This document shows, in pieces, positions 24,501 through 39,997 of a stretch of 64,000 nucleotides of DNA; positions within the stretch are counted from its first letter, which is position 1, and each line of letters begins with the position of its first letter. The notes beneath the pieces were generated by a model that was not told where the DNA came from, made no database searches, and saw only the letters and a program-made list of their open reading frames with translations. The translations under genes were made by a program, and so were the position numbers. The DNA is from Amoebidium appalachense (lineage: Eukaryota; Protista; Ichthyosporea), in NCBI GenBank assembly GCA_963693365.1, contig CAVNZM010000005.1, positions 4,220,667-4,284,666 of the forward strand, given 5' to 3'.

Positions 24501-25672
24501 GTGTGAATGTGAAGGTGTGTAAGTGGTGAAGGTGTGTGTGTGTGTGTGACTGTGTGCATGTGTGTGTGTGTGTGTGTGCATGGATGTGTGTGTGTGCGTG
24601 AATGTATGAAAGTAAGTGCATGAATTGGCAGGATTAACATTAGCTGTACGCTGAGAACGATTACATAAGGTAGTATAGGATACTAATTGCGCAACCTTGG
24701 CAGATGCATGTCCGTACCAAGTAGTAATACCGTATGCACTGCCCGTATGAATTGAAAGATTACTGCTAGTACACAATGACAAGGTGTTCCCCACTAATCG
24801 TACCGTAAATAAATAGAAAGATAACCACGATGCAATCACTTCTCCTTCAATCACTTTAACGTACCCAATACGCACTTGTAGATAAATTAAGAATTCAGTC
24901 ATGTAGTTTCTCGACTAAGCAAATATTTTGGCGGCCCGTGCTGCTTATATGGACCGGCCTGAGATAAGGAGGACGGCCACTAAATGAAAGGTAATATAAT
25001 GGACTGAAGAGGCAGTCTAGGAAGACCTTGCACGGTAATCGGACACCATGCATATGAGTAGTGTAGTAAAATATAAAAATTACGCGGCCTAGGCCTGTGG
25101 CTGTGGCCTTGTTTATGTTTTATTTCTGCCATATCATTGGCTGTAGATCGAATAAAATCACATTATGTACATAAAAATGGCCGTGGGCTTGTCTGCAGCG
25201 TGAAGCTTTAGATGAATATACATGGGAAATATGCCCCACCTTCGAGTCCCCCTCCCCCTTCACCCCTCCAAACACATGCATGTGGCTTTCTCCTACATGA
25301 ACTCTTTCTGCGGCAACAAGAAAAGTCCTAAATCACATCGATATATGTATCCAAAACTACGGTTTACTACGTAGGTGATTGAGCACAGGCAAGTAAGGCC
25401 ATGGTTACACTATGATACGTACACCAGTGTAATAGTCTCCAAAATTTATGTCTGTGCTATGTACAATCACTTCTCCCCGGGCCAGTTATGTTGCAGCCGC
25501 ACCATGCATATGGCGGCATACAATGCATTGCACATGTCCTATGGGGGGTAGCTTGGCGACACTGGCCCATCACCGTACAGGCTGTATCCCCTGTAGCATA
25601 TGTCAGTACCAATTGGCAGCTTAAACTCGTTCGAATTCCACACATAAAAACACAGGAACATGCGCGCACGCA

Positions 25673-25704
<32 letters not shown>

Positions 25705-25705
25705 G

Positions 25706-26740
25706 TGAGGTGCAGGTGCTGCCGGGCCACTTCTGGGCTGTGATGGCTGCCATCGACTGCCTGCTGCTGCTGCACGTGCTACTGTTTGCACTCCGCTCCA
25801 GAAACATATACACGTGTGCAACCCCCTCCCCCCCCCCCCCCCCTTCTCCCCCCTTCCCCCGCGCACCCACCCGCCCCCACACCTCCCCTCTTCATCTTTT
25901 CTTCCAAAAGAGATGTTCACCCCCGGGCCCTGAGGGCTCCTTCCTCCCTTTCAAAGACACGATTTCCTACTTAAAGGGGGTTTCTTTTAGACTTTCGGGC
26001 CGGGCCGGGTCAGAGGCGATTCTAGCTATATGATTGGTGTGCTGCGCATCAGCTGCGCACCATCGTTTTGCCGGCAGCAAGGTACAGATGCGCCCTAATA
26101 CAACAAAAAAGAAAAAGAAGAGAGAAAAAAAGAAACTAGAAGGGAAGAATAATAATAAAACGTTAGGAAGAAGACTGCAGTTCATAACATGATTTACATG
26201 CTGAGCAAATGGCTTGACCCGGATGTGCTGGAATGGGGACAATTAATCATTCTAAAAGAAACCCCCTTTTAACGTAATACATGGACAGCTTTGCCCGGTG
26301 TGGAGCATGTTGGTGTCGTATAGTCTGCGGATGGGCATTTTTGGCCATGCATCATCTATAAGCGCATGAGATTGCCCGTAAATTTGCAACGGCACATATG
26401 AGATGGGTCTTAGTAGAATCCCACGCCCACGTCGGCATAGAGTCACGTGCTTGTTCATGGCACAGATAGTGTGTTTGCACGTGCCCAGGCACACACAGTA
26501 TATGTTTGCACGTGCCCAGGCACACACAGTATATGTTTGCACGTGCCCAGGCACACACAGTATATGTTTGCACGTGCACAGGCACACACAGTATATGTTT
26601 GCACGTGCACAGGCACACACAGTATATGTTTGCACGTGCACAGGCACTGACAGGGGCCACAGCACCACACAGGGTCTGTTGGTGGAGGCAAAGGGCTTGG
26701 CTGCTGCCCTGGCTGCTGGTGGGTTTTTTTTTTTTTTTTT

Positions 26741-26801
<61 letters not shown>

Positions 26802-27266
26802 GGGGGGTTATAACGGTGTGGGTATTATGCATTGTACTAATATTTAATAGAGCAGCGCCCCTGGAAGAAAAGGGGGGGGGGGGGGGGGGGAATGATTATA
26901 GGGGTGTGGGTGTCACAGTGCATTGTACTAGATCAGCGCCCCCTGATGTTGGGGGGAAAGGGAGGAGGTGGGGGGGCTCCCGCGGAAGGAGGGAGGGGGG
27001 GGGGGGGGGGGGATCTTACACTTATTTTCACTGCAGCACCCAAGGGGCAGGCAGCCATGCAGTCACATCTACAGGGACTCACTCTACCCCAGATTGCAGG
27101 GGGCATGATAGAGAGCCAATGGGACGGGGGCATGCAGGGCACCTGGTGGATAGGCCCACTGGAGGGGGGATCATACACGTGGGTGGTGGGGTGTGGGGTG
27201 TTGGTGATGTCGATGATGGGGTGTGTGGTGGTGGCCGTGGCGGGAAGGAGGAATGTGCGATACTGA
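25706..27266 (+). pseudogene. Duplicated 3' exons of the VASt gene (orphan copy or alternative terminal exons)
   Basis: Same exons with splice sites retained. The terminal exon is intact, with one V>M change and several synonymous changes, and lies downstream of the copy 1 stop codon. Confidence 0.65.
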
Positions 27267-28473
27267 GTGTGAATGTGAAGGTGTGTAAGTGGTGAAGGTG
27301 TGTGTGTGTGTGACTGTGTGCATGTGTATGTGTGTGTGTGTGTGTGTGTGCATGGATGTGTGTGTGTGCGTGAATGTATGAAAGTAAGTGCATGAATAGG
27401 CAGGATTAACATTAGCTGTACGCTGAGAACGATTACATAAGGTAGTATAGGATACTAATTGCGCAACCTTGGCAGATGCATGTCCGTACCAAGTAGTAAT
27501 ACCGTATGCACTGCCCGTATGAATTGAAAGATTACTGCTAGTACACAATGGCATGGTGTTCCCCACTAATCGTACGGTAAATAAATAGAAAGATAACCAC
27601 GATGCAATCACTTCTCCTTCAATCACTTTAACGTACCCTATACGCACTTGTAGATATTAAGAATTCAGTCATGTAGTTTCTCGACTAAGCAAATATCTTG
27701 GCGGCTCGTGCTGCTTATATGGACCGGCCTGAGATAAGGAGGACGGCCACTAAATGAAAGGTAATATAATGGACTGAAGAGGCAGTCTAGGAAGACCTTG
27801 CACGGTAATCGGACACCATGCATATGAGCAGTGTAGTAAAATATAAAAATTACGCGGCCTAGGCCTGTGGCTGTGGCCGTGTTTAGGTTTTATTTCTGCC
27901 ATATCATTGGCTGTAGATCGAATAAAATCACATTATGTACATAAAAATGGCCGTGGGCTTGTCTGCAGCGTGAAGCTTTAGATGAATATACATGGGAAAT
28001 ATGCCCCACCTTCGAGTCCCCCTCCCCCTTCACCCCTCCAAACACATGCATGTGGCTTTCTCCTACATGAACTCTTTCTGCGGCAACAAGAAAAGTCCTA
28101 AATCACATCGATATATGTATCCAAAACGACGGTTTACTACGTGGGTGATTGAGCATAGGCAAGTAAGGCCATGGTTACACTATGATACGTACACCAGTGT
28201 AATAGTCTCCAAAATTTATGTCTGTGCTATGTATAATCACTTCTCCCCGGGCCAGTTATGTTGCAGCCACACCATGCATATGGCGGCATACAATGCATTG
28301 CACATGTCCTATGGGGGGTAGTTTGGCGACACTGGCCCATCACCGTACAGGCTGTATCCCCTGTAGCATATGTCAGTACCGTTTGGCAGCTTAAACTCGT
28401 TCGAATTCCACACATAAAAACACAGGAACATGCGCGCACGCACGCGCACACACAGACACAGACACAGACACAG

Positions 28474-28509
<36 letters not shown>

Positions 28510-29070
28510 ACGCACACACAGATACACACACATACACACACACAGACAGACATACTCGTGCGGCTGTAGGGGTGCGCGCACACGCACACACCTCATGACT
28601 ACCACACATGAACACACCCAATTTCATTGGATGCCAACAAATACCACCACGCCCTCAAAAACATAAAACCCTCTTTCAACACGGGACTTTGTGTGTGAAA
28701 TACTGCATACATGTGCACGTACGTAGCTGCAGACTGCAGGGTAACAACGCTATATGATATAAAAAGGGTAAATATATATCATAATGTATGCCCTGCCCAC
28801 CTCGATACCGGTAGTATGAGCGTGCTCAGTCAAGCTTCCATATAGGAGGGCAGTAGAAAGAGGGGATGGCAGCAGTCGATCGGGGGGGGGGGAGGGGCAG
28901 GGGAGGCGGGGGGAAGGGGGAAGGGGGGTTGATTATTGTAGCGCATACACATTATTTGAGCGTCTAAATGCCGGGTCTCGGCCATAGCGATCGGTCGATG
29001 GCAACCGGCGCCGTGATGCATCCATCTGGAAAAAACCCCCAGCCGTGAGTGCAGTGGTCCAAACATGACC

Positions 29071-29105
<35 letters not shown>

Positions 29106-29792
29106 ACCTCCCCCTCTCCTCCGCGCCTCCCCTTCCCCCCTCCCCTCCCTCCATCTCTCTCTCCGGAGAGGATGCTGTCACCGACACTTTCAAAATGCAT
29201 AACAAGAAGAAGAATCTACCTTCCCGTTTGGCAACTGCATTCCCCCAGGTTCCTTCTGTCCCACATGATGTATTGCACACACCATTCATCACCACCCCAC
29301 TTTCCATTCCTTCCTGCCCAGCCCAGCCCACCCAACCACTCAAAGATTCATCCCCCCCCCCCCCCCCCCCCCACCCCCCACCCAAAAAAAAAAAAAAAAA
29401 AAAGAAAGAAAAAAAAAATAGATAAAAAAGAAAAAATAACTGTGTTCCATCCAACCCTACCCCCGGCACTTCACTCATATGGAGCAACACAACCATCCCA
29501 TCTGTACGCCGCGGAGACCTTTACACACAAGTAACCACACCCAAATTCACACACACACCCAATGCAAACCTTGGGAACACACAGGTGTTGACCCAAACCG
29601 CCCAAACAAGCTAACTGTTAACACACATAAAGTCTTCATTGGAATAGCTATTGGAACTTTATATCATAATCATAGAAAAGAACTTGCGCCTCCATTCATT
29701 GAAAGCTTATTGCTACAGCTACGATGAAGTCTACTTAAAGATGTGAACAGAAGTTAGAATATATTACCAAATCTGGATAGAATGCTCCTATG

Positions 29793-31213
29793 GCTACCAC
29801 CTATAGATATGACGTACCGCATACTGGCTTCCACTCCCTAGGTTTGGGCTGCTGGCTCCTACCCCGTATGCCCCATATGGCACACCAGACAGATCCCTAC
29901 ACCCCACCACCTAGTCAGCGAGAGAAGAGATGTGAATGTGTGTTTGTGCATATGCACCCATGGCCCAGGGTGTGTGGGTGTGTGTGGTGTGTGGCTGCGC
30001 CTCTTGTGGGTAGCGCTGGTGTGGGATTAGCTCCGGTGAATGCTCCTTGCGTGCCCTGTGCCTGTGTCCTGTATGCCTGTGTGCCTGTGTGCCTGTGTGC
30101 TGTGCGCCTGTGTGCCAGTCCTTTGTGCCTGTATGCTGTATGCCTGTATGCCTATGTGCTGTGCGCCTGTGTGCCTGTGTCCTGTGCGCCTGTGTGCCTG
30201 TATGCCTGTATGCCTGTGTCCTGTGCGCCTGTGCGCCTGTGTGCCTGTGTGCCTGTGTCCTGTGCTCCTGTGTCTGTATGCCTGTGTCCTGTGCGCCTGT
30301 ATGCATGTGTGCCTGTGTGTATCTCTGTGCCTACCGTGAGCTACGGGCACCCAATCTCCGTGCTATGACTCTGTCCAGAAAGGACCCAAGCTGCCGCATA
30401 GCCGTGCTGTCTGGTTGGAAGTCACTCAGTTCCATACAGCTCTGCATAGGGTGCTGTGTCAGGGACGTATGTGCACACTCACGCACTCACATGCATACAC
30501 ACACACACACGGGCGCATGTACACACACACACACACGGGCGCATGTACACACACACACACACACGGGCGCATGTACACACACGCGCGCGCTCAGGCCCGC
30601 GTACACACACACACCAGCATAAAACGGTCAGTGAGTAAACGGAGGCTGTTCGGTGCACACAAGTTCACGCACATACACCTGCACTCATTCAGATCCAACC
30701 GTCTGCCCATCCGTCCACACAGGCACGCACACATGTGCCCCCTCTCCCTTCTCCCCCCCTTGCACTTCCCCCCACCCCCACCCCCCGTGTAAACACACAC
30801 TCATGCACGCATGCACACACACACATACACACACACACACAGTCATGCACGCATGCACGCACACACACGCACACACACACACAGTGTCACACAGACCAGC
30901 ACCACCAAAGCTGGCTCGACCTAACCATGCGCTAGGCCGTCTTGTCCGTCTTATGTTGACCACAACCTCTTCTTCCCCCGCCCCCCCCCTCCTCCCTCCC
31001 CTTCCTCGCCTTTTTCCCCACACCACACCACACACACCCGCACCCATGAGGTGGTGGTTGCACGTATGTATAGGGCCTGTGGTGCCCATTTGTGGTCAAC
31101 TTCATGAGGGTCACCCCGTTATCCTACCAAGCAATCCAGCACACTAGCACTGCAGAAATATTTACATGTACGTGGGTGAAAACGGCGAGGTGGCAGCTTG
31201 ACACACAGAGAAA

Positions 31214-31244
<31 letters not shown>

Positions 31245-31407
31245 AGTGAGGGAGGAGTGAATGGGCCACAGGGCATGTGTATGACCTTTGACTTTTCTTT
31301 CTTTTTGCCCCCCTCCCTTCCGGGCCCTGGGAAGTGGGAGAGGGCAGGCGGGCGGGCGGGCGGGCGGGCGGGCGGGCCGGGGTGGGGGGAGGGAGGGAGA
31401 AATGAGT

Positions 31408-31438
<31 letters not shown>

Positions 31439-31565
31439 GGGGGGGGGGGAGGGGGGGGGAGGGGGGGGGGGGGGCGGGGAGCTTACGAGCTGCAGGGTGT
31501 CACCGTATTCGCTGCGCATGGTCGTCTTTCCAAACGTGGCATCTGCCCACTCCATAAGTTTACAG

Positions 31566-31597
<32 letters not shown>

Positions 31598-32112
31598 ACA
31601 TGCGCACACACATGCACACACCACCCATTCCTTTCTCTTGCATCCCATCCATCCCCTCACCCGAACTCTGCATAAAGCGCTCTTCTCCTTTGCTTACAAA
31701 CGACACACCACCACACTCGCCCACGCACGAACCCTTTCCCCCGTCCCCCTCTCTCCACACACACACACACACACACACATACATACACACACATACACAC
31801 ACACGAAAAAGGAAATAATGCCAAGGGCAAAAGTAAGCTAGATATAGAAACCAAAACCCACACAATCAGCACCTGCACAAGCATACCCACACACCCACAC
31901 AAACCTGCACACATGTACGCACACACACACACACACAGGCATTGATACCCACGCCCACACACGCATGCAGGCACGCAGGCACACACCCACACCCACACCC
32001 ACACCCACACCCACACCCACACCCACACACACACACACGCACACACACACACACGCACACACACCCACACACACGCACACGCACACGCACACGCACACGC
32101 ACACGCACACGC

Positions 32113-32152
<40 letters not shown>

Positions 32153-32183
32153 ACGCACACGCACACGCACATACACACACACG

Positions 32184-32246
<63 letters not shown>

Positions 32247-32359
32247 GCACGCACAGCATCCTGTTTGGTGCCGACTATGATCATGGGTACAGATGAGGGT
32301 TCGCCCATCGTTCGTTCCTCGTCAAAATCATCCCCACTGTCAAACCGGCTGTATGCACG

Positions 32360-32439
<80 letters not shown>

Positions 32440-32608
32440 CGCACATGTGTGTGTGTGTGTGGGTTGGTGGGTGTGTGTGTGTGCGCGCGCATGTGTGTGT
32501 GGGTGTGGGTGTGTGGGTGTGTAGGTGTGAGTGCGCGCATGTGTGCGCGTGCGCGTGTGCGTGTGTGCGTGCGTGCGTGCGTGTGTGGAGTTGGAGGGCC
32601 GGGGGAGG

Positions 32609-32643
<35 letters not shown>

Positions 32644-32860
32644 GAATGTGATATACAGGATGAACAACGTGAAGCGGACGAGTAAAGAACACACACACAG
32701 GCTCCGGGGGGCATCGTGAAGGTGGGGTTGGGGGGGGTTGGGGGGGGTTGGGGGGGGTTGGGGGGGGGGACGGAAGGGGGCAGCAGCAACGAAGTCATCC
32801 ACAGTACCCGTGTTTTGACCCATTCATTTGAAGAGGGGTTTGCGGTTTTTTTTTTTTTTT

Positions 32861-32905
<45 letters not shown>

Positions 32906-33104
32906 CTCTCACAAGCACACATTCATAGATACACACAAACACCTGATGCATAGGCCGGGAACAAAACATGGGTTATTCTGGCAGCTAGCCTAAGCACAGA
33001 ATCGGTGGTGGAGGAGAGGTGGTAGAAACAGAAAAATTACAGATCAAACAGTACGTACAAAACAAAGCCAAATGCGAGGTGTGTGTGTCTGCATGTGTGG
33101 TTTG

Positions 33105-33191
<87 letters not shown>

Positions 33192-33227
33192 CACGGGCGA
33201 ACGCATGTGTGTGTGTGGGTGTGTGTA

Positions 33228-33264
<37 letters not shown>

Positions 33265-34513
33265 GGGGTCCGTGTAGATGTTGTGCTTGTGCATGTGTGC
33301 TATGCTGCTTGTTTGGGTGTATGTGCGTGTGTACATTGTGTGAATTTGTATGCATATGTGTTGTGCTAATGTCACTCATTGCATGCTTGTGTGCGTGTCT
33401 GTCTGTCTGTGTATGTATGTGTGCATGTGTGTGTGTGTGTGTACCTGTTGTGCATGCATCTGTGCCTGTGTGTGCAAGCATGTGTATGTGTGCATGTGAG
33501 TGTGTGCGTGCATGTGTACATGTGTATGTATGTTTGCACCCTGCGTGCACACACGATATCCTGCACATACCCCGAATCTCTACTTGGTGCCCCCCCAGTG
33601 CGCTCATGACCTCATACACCCACTTGTCCAGGTTTGCATATGACTTTCTGTTGCTCAGATCGTGCACGAGGATAATCCCTAGCCCCACCCATCATTAGCC
33701 ATCCACACCAGCACAGAAACACTAAAACCTACTCTGAAATTTTTGCCCACTCGTACTTCTCCCTCGCCCGCCCTCCCCCACCCTCCCCCCTTCACACTCC
33801 CCCGCCATCCGCACACCCACGCATTCACCCACCTAGCCCTCCCCTTCCCCCTCCCCCCTTCCCCCCCCCCCCATTCCCCTCACCACTTTCCCTCTCATAC
33901 ATACACACACACACACACACACACCACACACACACACATACGCCACAGCCATACACACACACCACCATCCCAACCCCTCCACCCCCCAATCCCCACCCCC
34001 CCCTCTTCCCCCTCCCCTCCCCCAATAACCCAGAACACATGATCCACCTCTCTCTCGCTACTAATCCTCCCCCCCCTCCCCCCCCCCTCCCCCGCACCTA
34101 CCCCCCCTCCCTCCCCCCTCCCCCTGCCCCCCCCCCACCCTTCCCCTCCCCCTCCCCCCCCTTCCCCCCCCCCTCAAAAAAAAACAAAAAAAAAACACAT
34201 ACCGTGCACACCCTGATAGAACATAGGTCTTCCCTTTCTGTGTGCTGCTGACCCCCCAATGTCCCAAAGCTCCACCTCCCAGGTGCTGCCCTCATGCTCG
34301 TGCAGCTGAAACCACAAGTCAGTAAAAGCGTCAGCCTCTTTGCCTGAACTTCTACACTCTATTTCACGCCCTGTTCACCCCCCTCCCCTCGTCCTTTTTT
34401 TTCTCTCTTCTCTCTTCTCTCGCTCTCTCTCTCGCCCTCCTTTCCTCACTCCTTACTGCCCCTCCTACTTTCCGCTCTCCCCCTCTCCCCGAGGCTCAAA
34501 TCCATCCTATATT

Positions 34514-34599
<86 letters not shown>

Positions 34600-35677
34600 G
34601 CGCGTGCGCCGAGCAGCACTCATTCTATGTGGTTAACCCCCCCCTCTCCCCACCCCCCCCATCCCTCGCCGGCCCACAGAGCGTCGAAAAGACTAGAAGT
34701 TCTTAGACACCTCTCTAAACAGCGCTCCGCTCCCCTTCTCCCCTTTGCACTGAATCCCCCCCCCCCCCCCCCCCCCCCCCACCCCCTCCTTTCCCTTCCC
34801 ATCTGATACACACATACCTACACCCCCACCCACCCACCCACCCACCCACCCACGTGCCTATATTTCCTTTCATTCTATCACGTGTGCACCTTTACGGCTC
34901 CGCATCTCCGCTTTCCTAGAGCACACCACAGCTCTCTCTCTCACTCTCACTCTCACCCTCACTCTCTCTCTCTCCCTCCCCCTCCCTCCCTCCCTCTCTC
35001 CCTCCCTCCCTCCCTCCCTCCCTCCCTCTCCTTCTCTATCTCTGTCCTCCCCCCCTCCCCCCGCCCCCTCCCCTTCTCAGCTTCTGGTCACCATGAAAAA
35101 CCAGCAAGGTACTCTAAATCTTTATGCCTTCCATTCCCCCATTCTGCCATGCCCTCTGCAACACTACAACCCTGCCAAACGGTCTTCCCCTTTCACCCCC
35201 CTCCCCCAACCCCAACCCCTCACCTCCCCCCTCCCCCTACCCTCCCCCCCACCCACCCACCCAGGCCTCCCCCCACCTTTATGTCTATGTTGCAGCCAAC
35301 AGTGCCGTAGGGTCTCCTCAGCACCTCCTTTTGCGCAAAAGCGTGCACAAACGCCGTCTTACCGACTCCTACAAACGTGGCATGTTAGTACTTGCATGCT
35401 CGAACTGGCAGACTCCCACAGCCCCACATGTGCAGATGGGCAAGTGTGATGGTGAACCACAGGGAAAGGGTGGAGGTTGGAGGGCAAGACCGAGAAAGGA
35501 AGTAATAAAAGGTGGGAGAGGAGGCAAGACAAGGAAAATAAGTGAGGGTGGGATGTTGGATCATCGTGAGTGCGTGTGCTGGTGGGTACTGGTCCGAACA
35601 GGCCCAACTTCGTCATGCACCTCTCCGAGAATGCACATCTTTACACAAAGGATTTGATGAACATAACACATACGAAT

Positions 35678-35770
<93 letters not shown>

Positions 35771-36237
35771 CGCACACACAACCCACACACACACAGGGAC
35801 ACACGCACACGCACACGCACACGCACAGTCGCACACACGCACACACATACATAGAAGGGGGGAAGAAGGGAAGAAGAGAGAGGGAGGATAACGGGGAAGG
35901 GGAGACAGAGAGGGAGGCGGGGGAGGGAGGGACGGCCTGGAGGAAGCAGAGAGAGAGGGAGGAAGGGAGGGAGAGACGGGAGAGAGAAAGGGGGGAAGGG
36001 AGAAGGGGAGAGGAAGGGCGAGGGAAAGACGCGCGCACAATTTTATACACACGCACGCACACACGCAAACACACAACATACACACACACACGCACACACA
36101 CAGACGTACACACACGCGCACACCCTCACCCCCATGCACAGATAGGCATGCGTATACACACACGCACGCACGATATTATACGCACGCACACCTGAGTCGC
36201 CGACGACCAGGACCCTGACGGTTGTGCCAGCAGCCAT
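29793..36237 (-). CDS. RABL3: Rab-like protein 3 GTPase
   Basis: Exons: MAAGTTVRVLVVGDS/GVGKTAFVHAFAQKEVLRRPYGTVGCNIDIK (P-loop; TVGC)/LHEHEGSTWEVELWDIGGSAAHRKGRPMFYQGVH/GIILVHDLSNRKSYANLDKWVYE/...PMIIVGTKQD/...SCMELSDFQPDSTAMRQLGSFLDRVIARR. WDIGG, VHDL.N.KS..NL and GTK.D are RABL3 hallmarks. The last exon is uncertain (alternative stop at 30027). Confidence 0.92.
30050..30320 (+). repeat. Degenerate (TGTGCC/TGTATGCC/TGTGTCC)n microsatellite
   Basis: Short-period tandem repeat in the 3' region of RABL3. Confidence 0.85.
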
Positions 36238-37159
36238 GTCGTGGGTGTCCGGCACACACGGCCCGCCGCCCCAAAGGCCGTCCAGCTTGCCAACCTGCAG
36301 GCACTGGTGGCCCGTCTGTATGCTTGTCTGTCTGCTCCCTCCGTGCCTGCCTCCCCTGCCTCCCAAACCCGTGCGTATCTTATCCCAGCCTGGTTCCCTG
36401 CTATAGCAGACTGTATACTGCAGCGTCCCCTATCATGCTACCTCAACAAGATGGTACCACAGTAGAATTGCTGACACAGCAGCTGCAGAGACAAAACGTC
36501 CGTCCGTGCCACAACGGCTTGGCCAACTGCCGCGTAGCAACAACCTATCAGCTCACGGCCACCCTTTTAGTGACGTCATTCGTTCGGATGCCAAAGATAA
36601 AAGATGGTATGCATTGCAAGAGTATTACTCTCGTCAGCTCGTCATCGCTAGGAATAGTTCTCAAATGCTGCCTGCACCACTATATAACTAGCACCAGAAT
36701 GAATATTTCTATGCTCAGGTTTTTTTTTTTTCTTCACTACGTATTTTTTTTTGTGCTGTCTGTTAGGTCTGCACTTTGCAAGGACAAGCTGGGACAGTGT
36801 TTGCATTCCAACTGATAAAATTATTCGTTTTGATTGGCCAGTTTCATTCAATAAGAGTTTCAAACTGAGTACACGCGCTTTCAGTGTCAGCGCATGTAGT
36901 GGCGAACTGCCCAGAGGGTTCTAGAATACTGCGTAGGCTGTCGATCTTTCTTTCGCAGCCTTGAAGTACTTCTGGATGTAGTGATTGGTCGTCTTCTGCG
37001 TGGGTTGCAGCGTGAGCTATGCGCGCGCCAGCTGAGCACAGTTTCAAACTTTCCTGGGGGTATGTAGATGTACATGTTGATCTTTCGATGCCGGGGCATT
37101 CCAAAGCCAAATTCCGCACGGCCGAAGGACAGTGTGACGGGGGCACTGACTGTACTCTG

Positions 37160-37387
37160 CAGGGTGTGAAATTTGTTTTAGGCTAGTGCCATTTTGGCAG
37201 CTTTCCACCAGCCTGGATGGCCCTAATAGAGCCAACAACCGTTTTTAGGTGCCATTTTTCGAATAAATTTGGCTATGTTAGGGCCAATTTTTCAGAAATT
37301 GATGGACCTAACCTCGAAAAGTTAGGGACAATTTTCGGACTTTCAGGGACAATTTTCTGGCCCTAAACCCCCTAATTTCACAGCCTG
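37160..37387. mobile_element. hAT-type MITE, 228 bp
   Basis: TIRs CAGGGTGTGAAATT (37160-37173) and AATTTCACAGCCTG (37374-37387), with a perfect 8-bp target-site duplication GTACTCTG at 37152-37159 and 37388-37395. An 8-bp TSD and CAG-start TIRs are typical of hAT elements. Confidence 0.9.
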
Positions 37388-37414
37388 GTACTCTGTACTC
37401 AACTACTCATATCT

Positions 37415-37442
37415 CTAACCCTAAACCCTAACCCTAAACCCT
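37415..37442 (+). repeat. Short interstitial telomere-like repeat (CCCTAA/CCCTAAA)
   Basis: CTAACCCTAAACCCTAACCCTAAACCCT. Confidence 0.6.
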
Positions 37443-38165
37443 TATATCATATGTATGTAAAATTATATACTTTCGTAACATCAGAAATACAATTCTTATT
37501 AGCCACCTACACGTGTGCTTCACACGCGAACACGTTTGTATGGAGTGACCACACAAGATTCGTGATCATGAGTCGATATCGATGAGATTCCGTTACCTCC
37601 GGCCGAAGTTCGAACTTTGCCACAGCTCATTTGTCGTAGAAGTGTATGTAGTTCAAAACCCCACAGAAAAACATATAGCTAGCATCTTTGTTTCAGTTCC
37701 AGCCTTCTTGTTCTCTCTGCCAGCCGGCCCTTAAGTCCATTGATTAGTGTTGGCCTTAAGCTGCCATCGTGTTTGTCCATTTTTGTCCATGGCCTTTTAA
37801 GACGCTCAGCTGGCACCCATCGTTGCGCAGTCCACGATAGCTTGTTTGCACCAGCTACGCTTTTTAGCCAGCAACTGCTCTAGGGCTATACATTATACCA
37901 ACCCAACGCCCTACATCATTGGTACAGTCAGACTGTGACATACACCTACTGGCCAGCCGAATCCGCGTTGTGCTTTCTTTTTGTCCCGCGTGGCATCAGC
38001 CTTCAAATTTACCCTAACCGACACTACTAACGTTCTGCATTTTCAAACAAGTAGCCAACACGTTTACCCACCCAATCACTCTCTTCAAATTATACAACAT
38101 TGCCTATAGCTAAAAGGTGCACCTACCCACCCGCCTTAGGTCCACCATCGGTGTTACGGCTTGCC

Positions 38166-39168
38166 ATGGCTGCAGCCGCTGCCACCAGCCAGCCCTCGCG
38201 CGAAAGATGGCGTAGGTCGGGTGACAATGAGCTACGCTACGTGCGCCTGGGTGAAAGGCCAGTAGACAACTCTCTTAGCGTGTGGCCAAACGATGATCAT
38301 GCAGGAGACCCCTATGAGGTCTTTGCGGAGGCACCCAGACGCACCCTCCAACTAGCACCTACACACTCTGAACCCACCCTGTCCCATCACTACGTTCCCC
38401 TGCGCAGCAGGAACACACAACCCCATCCTCCCTTAGGCTACGATCAAGTCGCCGAAGATGTCCGCCGGCCTTTTCGAGGTAGCTTGTCGACCCCACTCAT
38501 TTTACACACCGCGACATCCAACACCCCAACGACGCAGACAGCCAGCGCACCCCTGCACCCGCCACCTGTCCCCCCACGCAGTGCGTGCCTGTACTCAAAC
38601 CTGTCCCAAAATGATTCCTCTGCCACCCCCCCTCCCCTGCCCCCCCTCGACCACCGAAGACTTTATCTGGCCCGCTTTCTGTCGGCACTCCGACGTCTCA
38701 ACCACCCGAGGTAGGTGCTAAGGGAAGAGAGAAGGGGGGAGGGTGAGGGGGGCTAAGGATTGGGGAATGCTCTGTGCGCTTAGCACGGGAGTAACAATCC
38801 GAACTCTGCTTGTCATTACCAGACTGCAGATTTTAGGCGGATTGAAGTGGGTGTTGTTGTGGTTGCATCTTGCAAACTATCCAAATGGTATAGAAGGGTG
38901 CTTTGTACATGGTGTTAAGGATATGGCGGACTTATGCAAACATACTATCACACACGCATACGTATACAAAAAAACTCAACTGTGCCTGCTTACAAGGGGG
39001 CACATACTGTACACACTCATGCTGGCACGTAAATAGGCCACCAGTTTTCCCGCCCGCGGCAAACCGATGCATTGTATTTTTGCGCGCTAACATACACACG
39101 TGTAGACACACTTGTGCATGTACGCACACAAACATCTATTAGTAATGATACACACACACAAACAGCCA

Positions 39169-39226
<58 letters not shown>

Positions 39227-39383
39227 GCACGGGCACACTCCCCTTTCCCGGACAGGACACAATTTCGTGCACACACATACACACACACACGCCCAGCTAC
39301 ACACAAGCGGACACACATACCAGCACGCGCACACATGCACGCGCATGCGTGTACGCGCACGCGCGCATGCGCCCGCGCGCGCG

Positions 39384-39427
<44 letters not shown>

Positions 39428-39849
39428 ACAGACACATACACACACACAGTTGCCAAACACACAAAATCCCCGACCGTGAGTGAGTGTTCGCAAACACGTG
39501 CACAACACACACCGCCAACCATTACACAGACAGCTATGGCGACATACACATGTGTGACACTTTCGCGCCCGCCCACACACACACACACACAATTGCTATG
39601 ACCCAAAAAAAAAAAAAATCACACATGATGCACTCTGTCGAACACATGATTTGCCAACGAATGGGCTGCACACCAGTTCATACCGGCGGCGTTGCCTGTG
39701 TGCCCGTTAATTTAGTTAAGCCCATTCGATGATGTATCTCCTTCCGCGAAAACTGCCCACCCCCACTACCACCACGGCTACCACTGCCATCAACAGACAC
39801 CTACGCGCACGCACATCATGCGAAAAATAAAACCAAACCCACACGCACA

Positions 39850-39894
<45 letters not shown>

Positions 39895-39917
39895 CGCACA
39901 CACACACACACGCACAC

Positions 39918-39997
<80 letters not shown>

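Noticed and set aside
37415-37442. True telomere
   Set aside because: Only about four mixed units, internal and flanked by genes.
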